Shown piece after piece: positions 13,155-21,699 of a DNA stretch of 64,000 nt. Source of the stretch: an uncultured Planctomycetaceae bacterium (lineage in GTDB: Bacteria; Planctomycetota; Planctomycetia; Planctomycetales; Planctomycetaceae); contig CAWFAK010000007.1 in NCBI GenBank assembly GCA_963813715.1, positions 384,001 to 448,000 on the forward strand. The letters run 5' to 3'. Numbering within the stretch: the stretch's first letter is position 1; each line of letters begins with the position of its first letter. The position numbers and the translations under genes are program-made. The notes under the pieces were generated by a model, which did not search any database, was not told the DNA's origin, and was given only the letters and a program-made list of their open reading frames with translations.

Positions 13155-13961
13155 TCAGTTCGCGTCCGTGAAGTCGTCGACCTTCTTGGCGTCCTTCGGT
13201 GGCGAGAACGTAAACGCGTCTTTGCCGGCCGCCGCGTCGATCGTCCAGTTCTTGTAGATTTCGTTGGTGTTCAACTTGCCGCCGCCCGGAATCTCGGCAC
13301 TGCGCGTCATTCGCACAATAAACGGTTTCCCCTCGACCGCGACCCACATTTCCCAGTCGAACTGATCCTGGCTGAATTTCATGTGGTGAGCCGGCGTCCC
13401 GTCGACTTTTTCGACGCCGACATACGAGCACGAGTTGACGCCGTGCAGGAGGGATTCACCCGGGTCGGCGTTGAGCACATTGGGCAAGAGAATTCCGGGC
13501 GTGCGCGGGCCGAGTTTGATCAACGCCATGCCGAGGCTGCCCACGTCTTTCGGGGCGTCCTCTTGAACGTACTGCTGGATTTTCTTGCGATAGGTCGTCA
13601 GCTTTTTCCCGTCGCTGATGAATTCCAACCCTTCGTCGGGGTCGCTTTTCACACGCACTTTAATGTCGAGCCGGTTCGGCCGCTCGAAGTCAAACACCAT
13701 CGTCGCGTTGATCTCCAACTTTTGGCCGTTGCCCTCGATCTTGGCGTCGATCGTCCCGTCGGCATGAAAGGTTTTCGCACCCTTGTAAAGGTCGCCAGCC
13801 TTCTTGCAAATCTCGACGGCTTTCTTGTCGAGCTTGTCGTCTTTCTTCTTATCCTCGCCCCGCACCGGGCCGGCCCAGGCGGCACAAACCAGCGACAAAG
13901 ACACGGCCGGGATCAACTTCCACACGTTCGCACGGCTCAACAGGCTCAGACGGTGAGTCAT
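13155..13961 (-). CDS. DUF2092 / LolA-like secreted protein
   Basis: Signal peptide; ERPNRL, ISDGKKLT, YVGVEKVDGTPAHH and FTFSPPKDAKKV motifs; GGGGA RBS before the ATG at 13961. Confidence 0.75.
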   Translation of the reverse strand: MTHRLSLLSRANVWKLIPAVSLSLVCAAWAGPVRGEDKKKDDKLDKKAVEICKKAGDLYKGAKTFHADGTIDAKIEGNGQKLEINATMVFDFERPNRLDIKVRVKSDPDEGLEFISDGKKLTTYRKKIQQYVQEDAPKDVGSLGMALIKLGPRTPGILLPNVLNADPGESLLHGVNSCSYVGVEKVDGTPAHHMKFSQDQFDWEMWVAVEGKPFIVRMTRSAEIPGGGKLNTNEIYKNWTIDAAAGKDAFTFSPPKDAKKVDDFTDAN

Positions 13962-14129
13962 GGTTTCCCCCTTTTTGTGATAATTCAGTTCTCGCCGGGA
14001 TAATTCCCGCGTTGACCGTGACAAACGAATTTCGGCTGCCGCCGGATCTCGAAAATGCCCCCCCGTTAACGGTCATGATCCAGAAATTCGCCAGCCGTGC
14101 AAGATTCTTGGCAATTGCCCGCGAGAAAA

Positions 14130-14299
14130 CCCGGCGAGCCCCCAGTGTCAGCTGGGGGGTGCTTCAATTCGTTTTCTTCCGCGTTTCCGACGGCGGTTCG
14201 ATTCAAAGGCGAAGCACCATCGGGCTGACGCCCGACGCTCGCCAGGCTGTTAGGCGCATGGCAACCGGCGAGTTGCCAGCGTAAGCTGGCGGGTGCTTC
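14130..14299. repeat. REP cluster upstream of the Y1 transposase
   Basis: Units at 14130-14165 (+), 14211-14246 (-) and 14265-14299 (+). Confidence 0.9.
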
Positions 14300-14324
14300 G
14301 ATCTCTGGCGCGCGCTCTTCACTT

Positions 14325-14888
14325 ATGCCTCCGCGACGAGGACTGCATCCCGTGGACCGCTGCTGGCTCCTCACTTGGACCACGTACGGCAACTGGTTGC
14401 CGGGCGACGAACGAGGCTTCGTCAGCGCAGTCCGCGATCAAACCGGCACACAAACCACGCACAACCGACCCCGCACGGAATACGACCGCGACCATCCCCA
14501 TCTGGAGCGCTACTCGAAGGCCGCTCAAAAGCTTGGATCGGTCAAACTCAATCGTGAGCAAGCCGCCGCAGTCTGCCGCCAGATTCAAACAACCGCCGAG
14601 CACCGTCACTGGAAGCTGTTTGCCGTAGCGGTCATGGCAAACCACGTGCACGTCGTTGTCGGCGTTCCAGGCGATCCGGATCCCAGCACGCTGCTTCGCG
14701 ACCTCAAGAGCTATGGTGCGCGAGAGCTCAACCGCATTTCGCCGGCGCACGATCGTCAACGTTGGTGGACGAAATCCGGCTCGACACGAATTTTGCCGGA
14801 CGCGACGGCAATCCTCGCGGCCATCCGTTACGTCGAGAACCAGGAATGGCCCCTGGCCCTCTGGATCGGCGGCGAACTCACAGCGTAA
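14325..14888 (+). mobile_element. HUH/Y1 (IS200-like) REP-associated tyrosine transposase (RAYT/TnpA-REP-like)
   Basis: LTWTTYGNWLPGDERG, HUH motif MANHVHVVV, LKSY, WW and catalytic-Tyr motif AIRYVENQ; REP hairpins on both sides. Confidence 0.85.
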
Positions 14889-14903
14889 CCTTGCGATCAA
14901 GCG

Positions 14904-15024
14904 CCCGGCGAGCCCCCAGCGTCAGCTGGGGGGTGCTTCAACTCGTTTTCCTCAGTATCTCCAACCGCATGTTCGCAAACCGAAAGATGAAGCACCATCG
15001 GGCTTACGCCCGACGCTCGCCGGG
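14904..15024. repeat. inverted REP pair (REPIN-like) downstream of the Y1 transposase
   Basis: Units at 14904-14939 (+) and 14989-15024 (-). Confidence 0.9.
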
Positions 15025-15211
15025 CGGATCAACTTCCACGATTGTTTCTGAGCCCGTAGAAACTTGGGGTCGGCGGGCGGGGTTCGGCGTGGTAGGGTCG
15101 AGAATATCGTTCTCAGGCGGAGCGCTCGGGGTGCGTCCGGATTCAGCGGCTGCGGAATCATGGCGTGCTGCGACTGGGAATGGGACGGGACGTGCGCCGG
15201 TGCGGAGGCGA

Positions 15212-15242
15212 GTCCAAGGTCCCGGGTCCAAAGTCCAAGGTC
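15212..15242. repeat. short heptamer tandem repeat
   Basis: GTCCAAG GTCCCGG GTCCAAA GTCCAAG GTC. Confidence 0.6.
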
Positions 15243-15259
15243 GGGATCGCCGGGAGAGT

Positions 15260-15850
15260 GGTCCGGTGCCAGGGTCCCGTCGGAACGAATGTCGGGACGA
15301 AGTGCCGAGCCGTAGTCTTTGGAGGGCAGCGGACTTACGGCGGACCAAAGATCCGGTCCGGACACTTTCTCTTGAAAGGGACCAAGGCGGGACGGGACTG
15401 GTCGGTGCCGGTCCCGCTACAATTTCAAACGGTCGGCAGGTTTGGTGGGCAGTGACTACGGCGGACGAAGTCCGTCCGGACACTGTCCAAGGGGCCCGGA
15501 GATGGGACCGGACTCGACATTGGGACGGGATCGACAAAGTGGGACGGGACTCGAACGGATTGTAGCACCAAGTCACCAAGGACACCAAGGAAATTTCCGA
15601 TCTGCGACTGCTGCTAAACTTGGTGTCTTGGTGACTTGGTGGTTAAGAACTCCGGCAGGACTCGGTCCCGGTCCTGGGTCCGGTCCCGTCTTAACAATCC
15701 GAATGAGTCCGGCCGTAGTCTTTGCCCGGCACTGACTTACGGCGGACCAATGTCCGGTCCGGACACTTTCAGTGGAAAGGGACCGCAGGCGGGACCGGAC
15801 TCGGACATTGGAACAGGATTGGGACCGACACGGCTCGGAACAAGAATCGA
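15260..15850 (-). repeat. three copies of a ~150-190 bp non-coding repeat, homologous to the 51-54 kb repeats
   Basis: CCGTAGTC-N13/14-GACTTACGG at 15310-15340 and 15713-15742 (decayed near 15435-15461); TCCGGTCCGGACACTTTC at 15352-15369 and 15753-15770; GGTCCCG / CGGGAC arms. Confidence 0.8.
15566..15646. repeat. inverted triplet repeat (CACCAAG)x3 ... (CTTGGTG)x3
   Basis: CACCAAG at 15566, 15574 and 15583; CTTGGTG at 15619, 15627 and 15635, then GTTAA. Confidence 0.85.
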
Positions 15851-15853
15851 TGG

Positions 15854-15949
15854 TTACCACCCAGACACCAAGAGCACCAAGGAAATCACCGGCCAGTGTG
15901 AGCCCAAGTTTCTCTTTTTTCTTGGTGTCCTTGGTGCCTTCGTGGTTAA
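15854..15949. repeat. second inverted triplet repeat of the CACCAAG type
   Basis: ACCACCCAG, then CACCAAG at 15866 and 15875; CTTGGTG at 15921 and 15930, CTTCGTG at 15938, then GTTAA. Confidence 0.85.
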
Positions 15950-16054
15950 GTCATCCGACGGGACCGGGCTGACGCGTGTGTCGGCGGCTACTGAAAACTA
16001 CAATCTCAGCCGGATTGGCCGTCGCACAGGACGCAAAAAGTTCCGGAGATTGAG

Positions 16055-16948
16055 ATGAGCAACTTCGACCAGCAGATGCAGAAGATGAAGTCGCAGCCCG
16101 GGTTTGTGGCGGCCCTGGATCAGAGCGGGGGCAGCACGCCGCACGCGCTGGAGCTTTACGGCATCAAGAAGGGGAGCTGGTCCAACGACGAGGAGATGTA
16201 CGGGCTCGTGCATCAGATGCGGACGCGGCTCATCACCAGTCCCAGCTTCACCGGGGACCACATCCTGGCCGCCATCTTGTTCGAGAACACGATGGACCGG
16301 GACATCGAAGGCAAGCCGACGGCCGACTACCTGTGGGACGTGAAGCGGATCGTCCCGATTCTCAAGGTCGACAAGGGACTCGATCCGGAGAAGGACGGCG
16401 TGCAGTTGATGAAGGCCTTTCCGCAGCTGGGGGCCCTGCTCGACAAGGGGCGGTCGAAACGCATCTTCGGCACCAAGATGCGGTCGGTGATCAAGCAGGC
16501 GAATCCCGCCGGCGTGAAGAACATCGTCGCCCAGCAGTTCGAGTGGGCGGCCCAGATCATTGCCGCGGGGATGGTGCCGATCATCGAGCCCGAGGTCGAC
16601 ATTCATTGCCCGCAGAAGGCGCAGGCCGAAGAGCTGCTGAAGTCGGAGATCAAGGCGAAGCTCCGCGACTTGCCGGCCGCTCAGCGCGTGATGCTCAAGC
16701 TGACGCTGCCGACGCAGGCCGACCTTTATGCCGACTTCGTCAAGGATCCGAAGGTCGTCCGGGTGCTGGCTCTGTCGGGCGGTTACTCGCGGGACGAAGC
16801 CGACGTGCTCTTGCGGAAGAATCACGGCGTGGTGGCGAGCTTTTCCCGCGCCCTCGTCGAAGGCCTGACCGCACAGCAAACCGACGCCCAGTTCAACGCC
16901 GAACTCGGCTCGGCGATCAAGAGCATCTACGAAGCGTCGATCACCTGA
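16055..16948 (+). CDS. fda: fructose-bisphosphate aldolase class I
   Basis: GFVAALDQSGGSTP, LKVDKGL, FGTKMRSVI, PIIEPEV, ALSGGYSR and ASFSRAL motifs. Confidence 0.95.
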   Translation: MSNFDQQMQKMKSQPGFVAALDQSGGSTPHALELYGIKKGSWSNDEEMYGLVHQMRTRLITSPSFTGDHILAAILFENTMDRDIEGKPTADYLWDVKRIVPILKVDKGLDPEKDGVQLMKAFPQLGALLDKGRSKRIFGTKMRSVIKQANPAGVKNIVAQQFEWAAQIIAAGMVPIIEPEVDIHCPQKAQAEELLKSEIKAKLRDLPAAQRVMLKLTLPTQADLYADFVKDPKVVRVLALSGGYSRDEADVLLRKNHGVVASFSRALVEGLTAQQTDAQFNAELGSAIKSIYEASIT

Positions 16949-17006
16949 GGGACGCGCAGCGCGACGTCATCGTGTCCGCGACGACAGAGAGTTCGCTTTC
17001 GCGATC

Positions 17007-19403
17007 TCAATGCGGCTGCAGGATGCGGCGGACGGCCGAGCTGCCGCGGCGGTTGGCTTTGTGGCCTTCAGCCTCGGCGACGAGTTGATCGATCGCCTGA
17101 TCGAGCGTGTCGGGATCGAAGGCGCCTCGGAGGCGGATCGTTCCCTTGTGGTCGATCAGATAAATCGTGGGGTACGAGTCGACTCCCCACTGCTTGGTGA
17201 TGGGGCCCTTTTGTGAGCCGTCCGACCACGAGCGCCAGTTGACCTTCTTGGCTTTTTCGACGGCGTCGAGCCGTTCCGGCGCGTCGGTGTTGACGCCCAG
17301 CATCACGAACTTGTGCCCTTTGTATTTGCTCACGAGGATTCGCTCGTAGGGATACATCCGCACGCAATACGCCGACCAGTCGCCCCAGAAGGTGAGCAGC
17401 ACAACCTTGCCGCGCGATTCGCTGAGCTTGAACTCGTTGCCCGCGGCGTCCGGCCCTTCGATGTCGATGGCTTTCTTGCCGACGGCCAGGCGTTCCTTCG
17501 CGAACAACATCGGTTTGACCATGTCCGACAGCGGGTGGCCGTCGAGCTTGACGTCGGAGAATTCATCGGTGACGCGCTGCAAGAGCGCGACGATTTCCTT
17601 GTCCGTGGCCGGGCTGGCGGAGGCTTCGGGCTTTTCGTCGGCCTCGTGCTGGAGCGTTTTCGCCAGTGACAGGCAGGCGTAGGCTCGCGTTTCCTTTTGA
17701 GCCGTCTTCTGAATCACCGCTCGCAAGAAAGCCTTGGTGCCGGCTTGAGGCACCGCCGGCATCAAGAGGGCGACCTTGCCCAGCTCCGGGATCGTCGACG
17801 TGGTCCTGCAGCAGCATGTCGCTGGCCTGCTGCAGCACGCCGCCCGTCAGCTTCGGGTCGGCTCCGCGGAGGAGGTAGCAGGCCACGAAATACGATTGGA
17901 GTGCCGTCTTCGTTTTGCGATTCGCCTTACCCAGTGCGACGAACTTTCCCGCGTAGCGATTGGCCGGATTCTTTTTGAAAACGGCATCGATTTCCGAGCG
18001 GCTGAAGGCGCCGCCGCGGAGCTTATCGACCTCGGCCATGAAGTCCTCGGCCGCCCGCTGGTACTCCTCGTAGAGGGCGCCGACCTTCTCGTCGAGTTCG
18101 CTCGGCTCGTCGTCCGAATCCTTCTTCTGCACGGTGGACGACAGCGGTTTGGCGCTGGCGAACAGGTTCTCCCGCAATTCTCCCAGATGCTTCACGTGCA
18201 CGGCGAAGGCGAAGCGGGTTTGCGTCGAGACCCACGAATTGATTCCCACCACCTCGCCGCGGCGATTCATGAGCGGGCCGCCGCTGTTGCCGGGCGAGAT
18301 CACGGCATCGGTCTGCACCCACTGTTCGTCCTTGGAGGCTTTGCGCAGCGAGAGGAATTCGCGGGCGTCGCGGGGCAGTTCGGAGGTCTTGTGCAAGCCG
18401 TTGATGATGCCGCGCGTCGGCGTGAAGGTGAGGCCGCTCGGGTGTCCGATGGCGATCACTTCCTGGCCCAGTCGCAGCTCGTCGTCCACGGCCAGCTGCA
18501 GGGGCGTCAGATGCTTCGGCTTTTTGGCGAGCGCAAGGATAGCCAGGTCCGCCTGCGAACTGAGCTGCAGGCTGCCTTTCACTTCCGTGGTAAATCCGTC
18601 GCGAAACTGGACGACGGCCCGTGCGGCGTTGCGGACCACGTGGAAGCACGTGGCGATCGAGCCGTTCTCGTCGATGACGAAGCCCGTGCCCAGTCCTTTC
18701 GGCGTTCCCGAATGGTCGAGCACTGTGATCAACACCACGCCATCGCCGACCTTGGCGATCAACTCTTCCAGCGGCAGAGACTCGAGATCACCGGCGGCGG
18801 CCGGGCCGGTTTTCTTAATGGTTGTCTTCTTCGGGACACCCGGGCGGCTGGCGTCGCTGAGGAGAGAGGACGACGACGGCAGACTCGCGGCAACTGCATT
18901 GTTCTGATCGTTGCCATTTTCGTTTTGTCGAGGGGCGCCAGTCCGGCCATTGCCCCTTCGTCGCCGGGCAGCTTCGACGCCACCGCCGGGGGAATGCCGC
19001 CCGGGCCTGGGGTTCGGCTGGCGTCGTTCGGCGCGACGTTGGCGACCGTCGTGAACGGCGGTATCTCCGGATGCGTGTAGGGCTGAGCGGCCGGCTTGAG
19101 GAACAGGTTCCATCCCGCCAGGCACAGGATCAGGCTGCCCACCACGCTGCCTCCCGCAACGTAGGCCCAGTGCGGCCCCGACTTCTTCTTGGAGGTGGTG
19201 CGACTTGCGGTCGGTTTCCGCGAACCGCTTGCCGAGGCCGTGCGGACGACCGGCGGCCGCGAGGGTCGCCGTTCGACTTCGTCCTCATCCCGCGTGGCGC
19301 GGAAGCGACACTGGCATTCGCCGCAAACAACCGTGCGACCGGCATTCTTGTCGTCGACTTTGTGAACGGCGTCGCATTCCGGACAAGTCACTCGAAACGA
19401 CAT
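17007..19403 (-). CDS. Zn-ribbon / TM / trypsin-like serine protease / TlpA-like thioredoxin fusion (frameshifts at ~18910 and ~17770)
   Basis: CPEC..CGEC, then a TM segment, then the protease triad ATCFHVV / DLAIL / ISPGNSGGP, then GKVVLLTFWGDWSAYC...YPTIYLIDHKG, spread over three overlapping ORFs. Confidence 0.75.
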
Positions 19404-19595
19404 CTCGCGTGCTCCGCTCGGCGTATGGGTTTGCAACCAGTCTGGCCTACACCGAGCGCAATTTCCAGATCTTGTTACCGGACGTAAATTATCCAGGGTG
19501 CGTTGGGAACGACTTTATGCACTCTAGCACCTGTGCGGGGTCGTGCCGGTCGCGGTCGGGCGGTCCGCCCGATTTCCTGGTCATTTTCCTGGTCA

Positions 19596-20132
19596 TTACT
19601 CCTTGGTCAGCCGCTGCTCCAGGAAGGTGCGCAACAAGCGAAGCGATTTGCGGAGCTCGATATTCACGGAAACGCCGTTCGCTTCTTCGGAGAATGCGGT
19701 CATCGTGATCTCGACCTGCGACCTGCCTCCCTCCAATGCGGTCACCTGGATGTGGTACGTGTAGTCCGTGAGGGTGCCCGCCGATCGGTCGACGAACGTG
19801 GCGCGGTAATCGCCGCGGCGGCTGGAGCGGCGGATCCGAAAAGTCTGCATGCCGTACTTGGTATCGAACTGCACGGTGACGACGTCGCCATGCGTCTTGA
19901 GGATTTTCGCCCCGGCGTTCTCTTGAATCGCGTCGACGTTCTGCTCGATCCAACGGCAGACGGCGGGATAGCTGTAATCGGCCTCGACCGTCAGCGCTTG
20001 GCGGCCGAAGCCGGCGCAGCAGGGCGCGGTGAGCGTGCCGCCGATCGCCAGAGCCAGCAAGATGGCGCAAATGTGTGGGAGGCTGGCGTGCACTCGGGCG
20101 AAAAGCAAAGTCACACCCCGGTTGGCGTCCAA
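19596..20132 (-). CDS. secreted hypothetical protein, possible START/SRPBCC-like fold
   Basis: Hydrophobic leader, beta-rich core and C-terminal amphipathic helix; a paralogue lies at 61560-62108. Confidence 0.6.
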   Translation of the reverse strand: MDANRGVTLLFARVHASLPHICAILLALAIGGTLTAPCCAGFGRQALTVEADYSYPAVCRWIEQNVDAIQENAGAKILKTHGDVVTVQFDTKYGMQTFRIRRSSRRGDYRATFVDRSAGTLTDYTYHIQVTALEGGRSQVEITMTAFSEEANGVSVNIELRKSLRLLRTFLEQRLTKE

Positions 20133-20272
20133 ATCAGGCCCGCGCTGCTCGCTCTGTGTCCGCGCTCAGAGTACGCTGATCGTGTCGGCGAAGCAACGTT
20201 CTCGCACAAGCGACGGCACAAGACGACTCTGCCGCAGCGCCGCAAACAGACGGACTCAACGAGGTGAATTCC

Positions 20273-21595
20273 ATGTCAGAGCGACGTCCCACCGTTGTGA
20301 TCGTGGGTGGCGGCTTTGGTGGTCTGGCCGCGGCCAAAGCGCTGCGCCGTTCGCCCGTGAGGGTGATGCTGGTCGACCGCACCAATCACCATCTGTTTCA
20401 GCCCCTGCTTTATCAGGTCGCCACTTCGACCCTGTCGCCGGCACAGATTGGCTCTCCGCTCCGCTCGATCCTCGGGCGCTATAGCAACATCACCATCCTG
20501 ATGGGCGAAGTCACGGGCATCGACCTCGAACGACGGTGCGTGGTCGGCAACAACGCGGACCGGCAGCAGGTCCCCCTGCCCTTCGACTATCTGATCCTGG
20601 CGACCGGCGCGCGTCACAGCTACTTCGGTCACGATGAGTTTGCCCCGCACGCGCCCGGTTTGAAGAGCCTGGCCGACGCCGCTGCCATTCGCAACAAGAT
20701 CCTGGGCGCCTTCGAGCAGGCCGAAGCAGAGGACGATCCGAGCAAGCACCAGGACCTGTTGACGTTCGTGATCGTCGGCGGCGGCCCGACCGGCGTGGAA
20801 TTGGCCGGCGCGATCGCCGTGCTGGTGGGCAAGACGTTGCGGTCCGAGTTTCGGCGGATCAATCCGGCTTCCGCACGGATCCTGCTGATCGACCGGGGAC
20901 CTCGAGTGTTGGCATCGTTCTCCGAGAGCCTCTCGGCCGCCGCGAAGGCGCGATTGGAGCGGCTGGGGGTCGAAGTTCGCTTGGGAAGCAGCGTGGAACA
21001 TGTGGACGAAATGGGTGCCGTGGTGAACGGCGAGCGGATTACGACGAAGACGGTGATCTGGGCGGCCGGCGTGGCGGCGTCCCCCGCCGGCAAATGGCTG
21101 CAGGCACCGACGGACCACTCCGGTCGCGTTCGCGTGGCCAACGATCTCTCCGTCCCAGGGCAGCCGAACATTTTTGTGGTCGGCGATACGGCGTCGCTCG
21201 ACGAGGATGGGCACCCGCTGCCCGGCGTGGCCCAAGTGGCCATGCAGCAGGGTCGCTATGTGGCCAAGCTCATCCTTCGACGCCTCGCGGGGCAGCCCGC
21301 CCCGCCTCCCTTTCGCTATTTCGACAAAGGCAGTCTGGCCGTGGTCGGCAAAGGCTTTGCCGTGTTGCAGTCACGGAAGGTGCGGTTGTCCGGATTTGTC
21401 GCCTGGCTGGCTTGGGCAGCCGTGCACTTGGAATTCCTCGGACAATCCAACCTGCGCGTGAGCGTGTTTGTGCAGTGGGTTTGGACTTATCTGACCGGCA
21501 CCCGCGGCTCGCGGGTCATCATCGAGTCCTCCGCGCCGCCGACATGCCCTGTGCCGACGCCGGCGGAGGCCGCTTCGCCCAAGTCGGGTCCCTGA
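20273..21595 (+). CDS. ndh: type II NADH dehydrogenase-like FAD oxidoreductase
   Basis: VIVGGGFGGL, FQPLLYQVAT, VGGGPTGVELAG, FVVGD and AQVAMQQG motifs. Confidence 0.9.
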   Translation: MSERRPTVVIVGGGFGGLAAAKALRRSPVRVMLVDRTNHHLFQPLLYQVATSTLSPAQIGSPLRSILGRYSNITILMGEVTGIDLERRCVVGNNADRQQVPLPFDYLILATGARHSYFGHDEFAPHAPGLKSLADAAAIRNKILGAFEQAEAEDDPSKHQDLLTFVIVGGGPTGVELAGAIAVLVGKTLRSEFRRINPASARILLIDRGPRVLASFSESLSAAAKARLERLGVEVRLGSSVEHVDEMGAVVNGERITTKTVIWAAGVAASPAGKWLQAPTDHSGRVRVANDLSVPGQPNIFVVGDTASLDEDGHPLPGVAQVAMQQGRYVAKLILRRLAGQPAPPPFRYFDKGSLAVVGKGFAVLQSRKVRLSGFVAWLAWAAVHLEFLGQSNLRVSVFVQWVWTYLTGTRGSRVIIESSAPPTCPVPTPAEAASPKSGP

Positions 21596-21627
21596 CCCTC
21601 ACCAGCCGGGAGGTGTCAAACGAACAA

Positions 21628-21649
21628 GGGGGACCAACCCTGGTCCCCC
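21628..21649. terminator. GC-rich hairpin between convergent genes (possible terminator)
   Basis: GGGGGACCA-ACCC-TGGTCCCCC, a 9-bp perfect stem. There is no clear U-tract. Confidence 0.4.
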
Positions 21650-21699
21650 CTGCTCGACTGAGTCTGATCGTTTGACGACGGACAATCAGGCTTTCTTCA

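Noticed and set aside
15260..15960. CRISPR array
   Set aside because: Units are long, degenerate and irregularly spaced; there is no constant 23-47 nt repeat with unique spacers, and no cas genes.
15004..16058. ORFs across the repeat spacer, including a recurring ESVRTG peptide also seen at 51.45 kb
   Set aside because: Frames differ and break between copies; the peptide simply reflects the conserved DNA 18-mer.
17364..17390. Selenocysteine in the TlpA-like active site
   Set aside because: The codon is TCG (Ser), not TGA.
19573..19597. 12-nt direct repeat TTTCCTGGTCAT x2 (and ATTCTCGAATTT x2 at ~63040-63064)
   Set aside because: These are isolated short duplications at gene ends with no further copies or structure.
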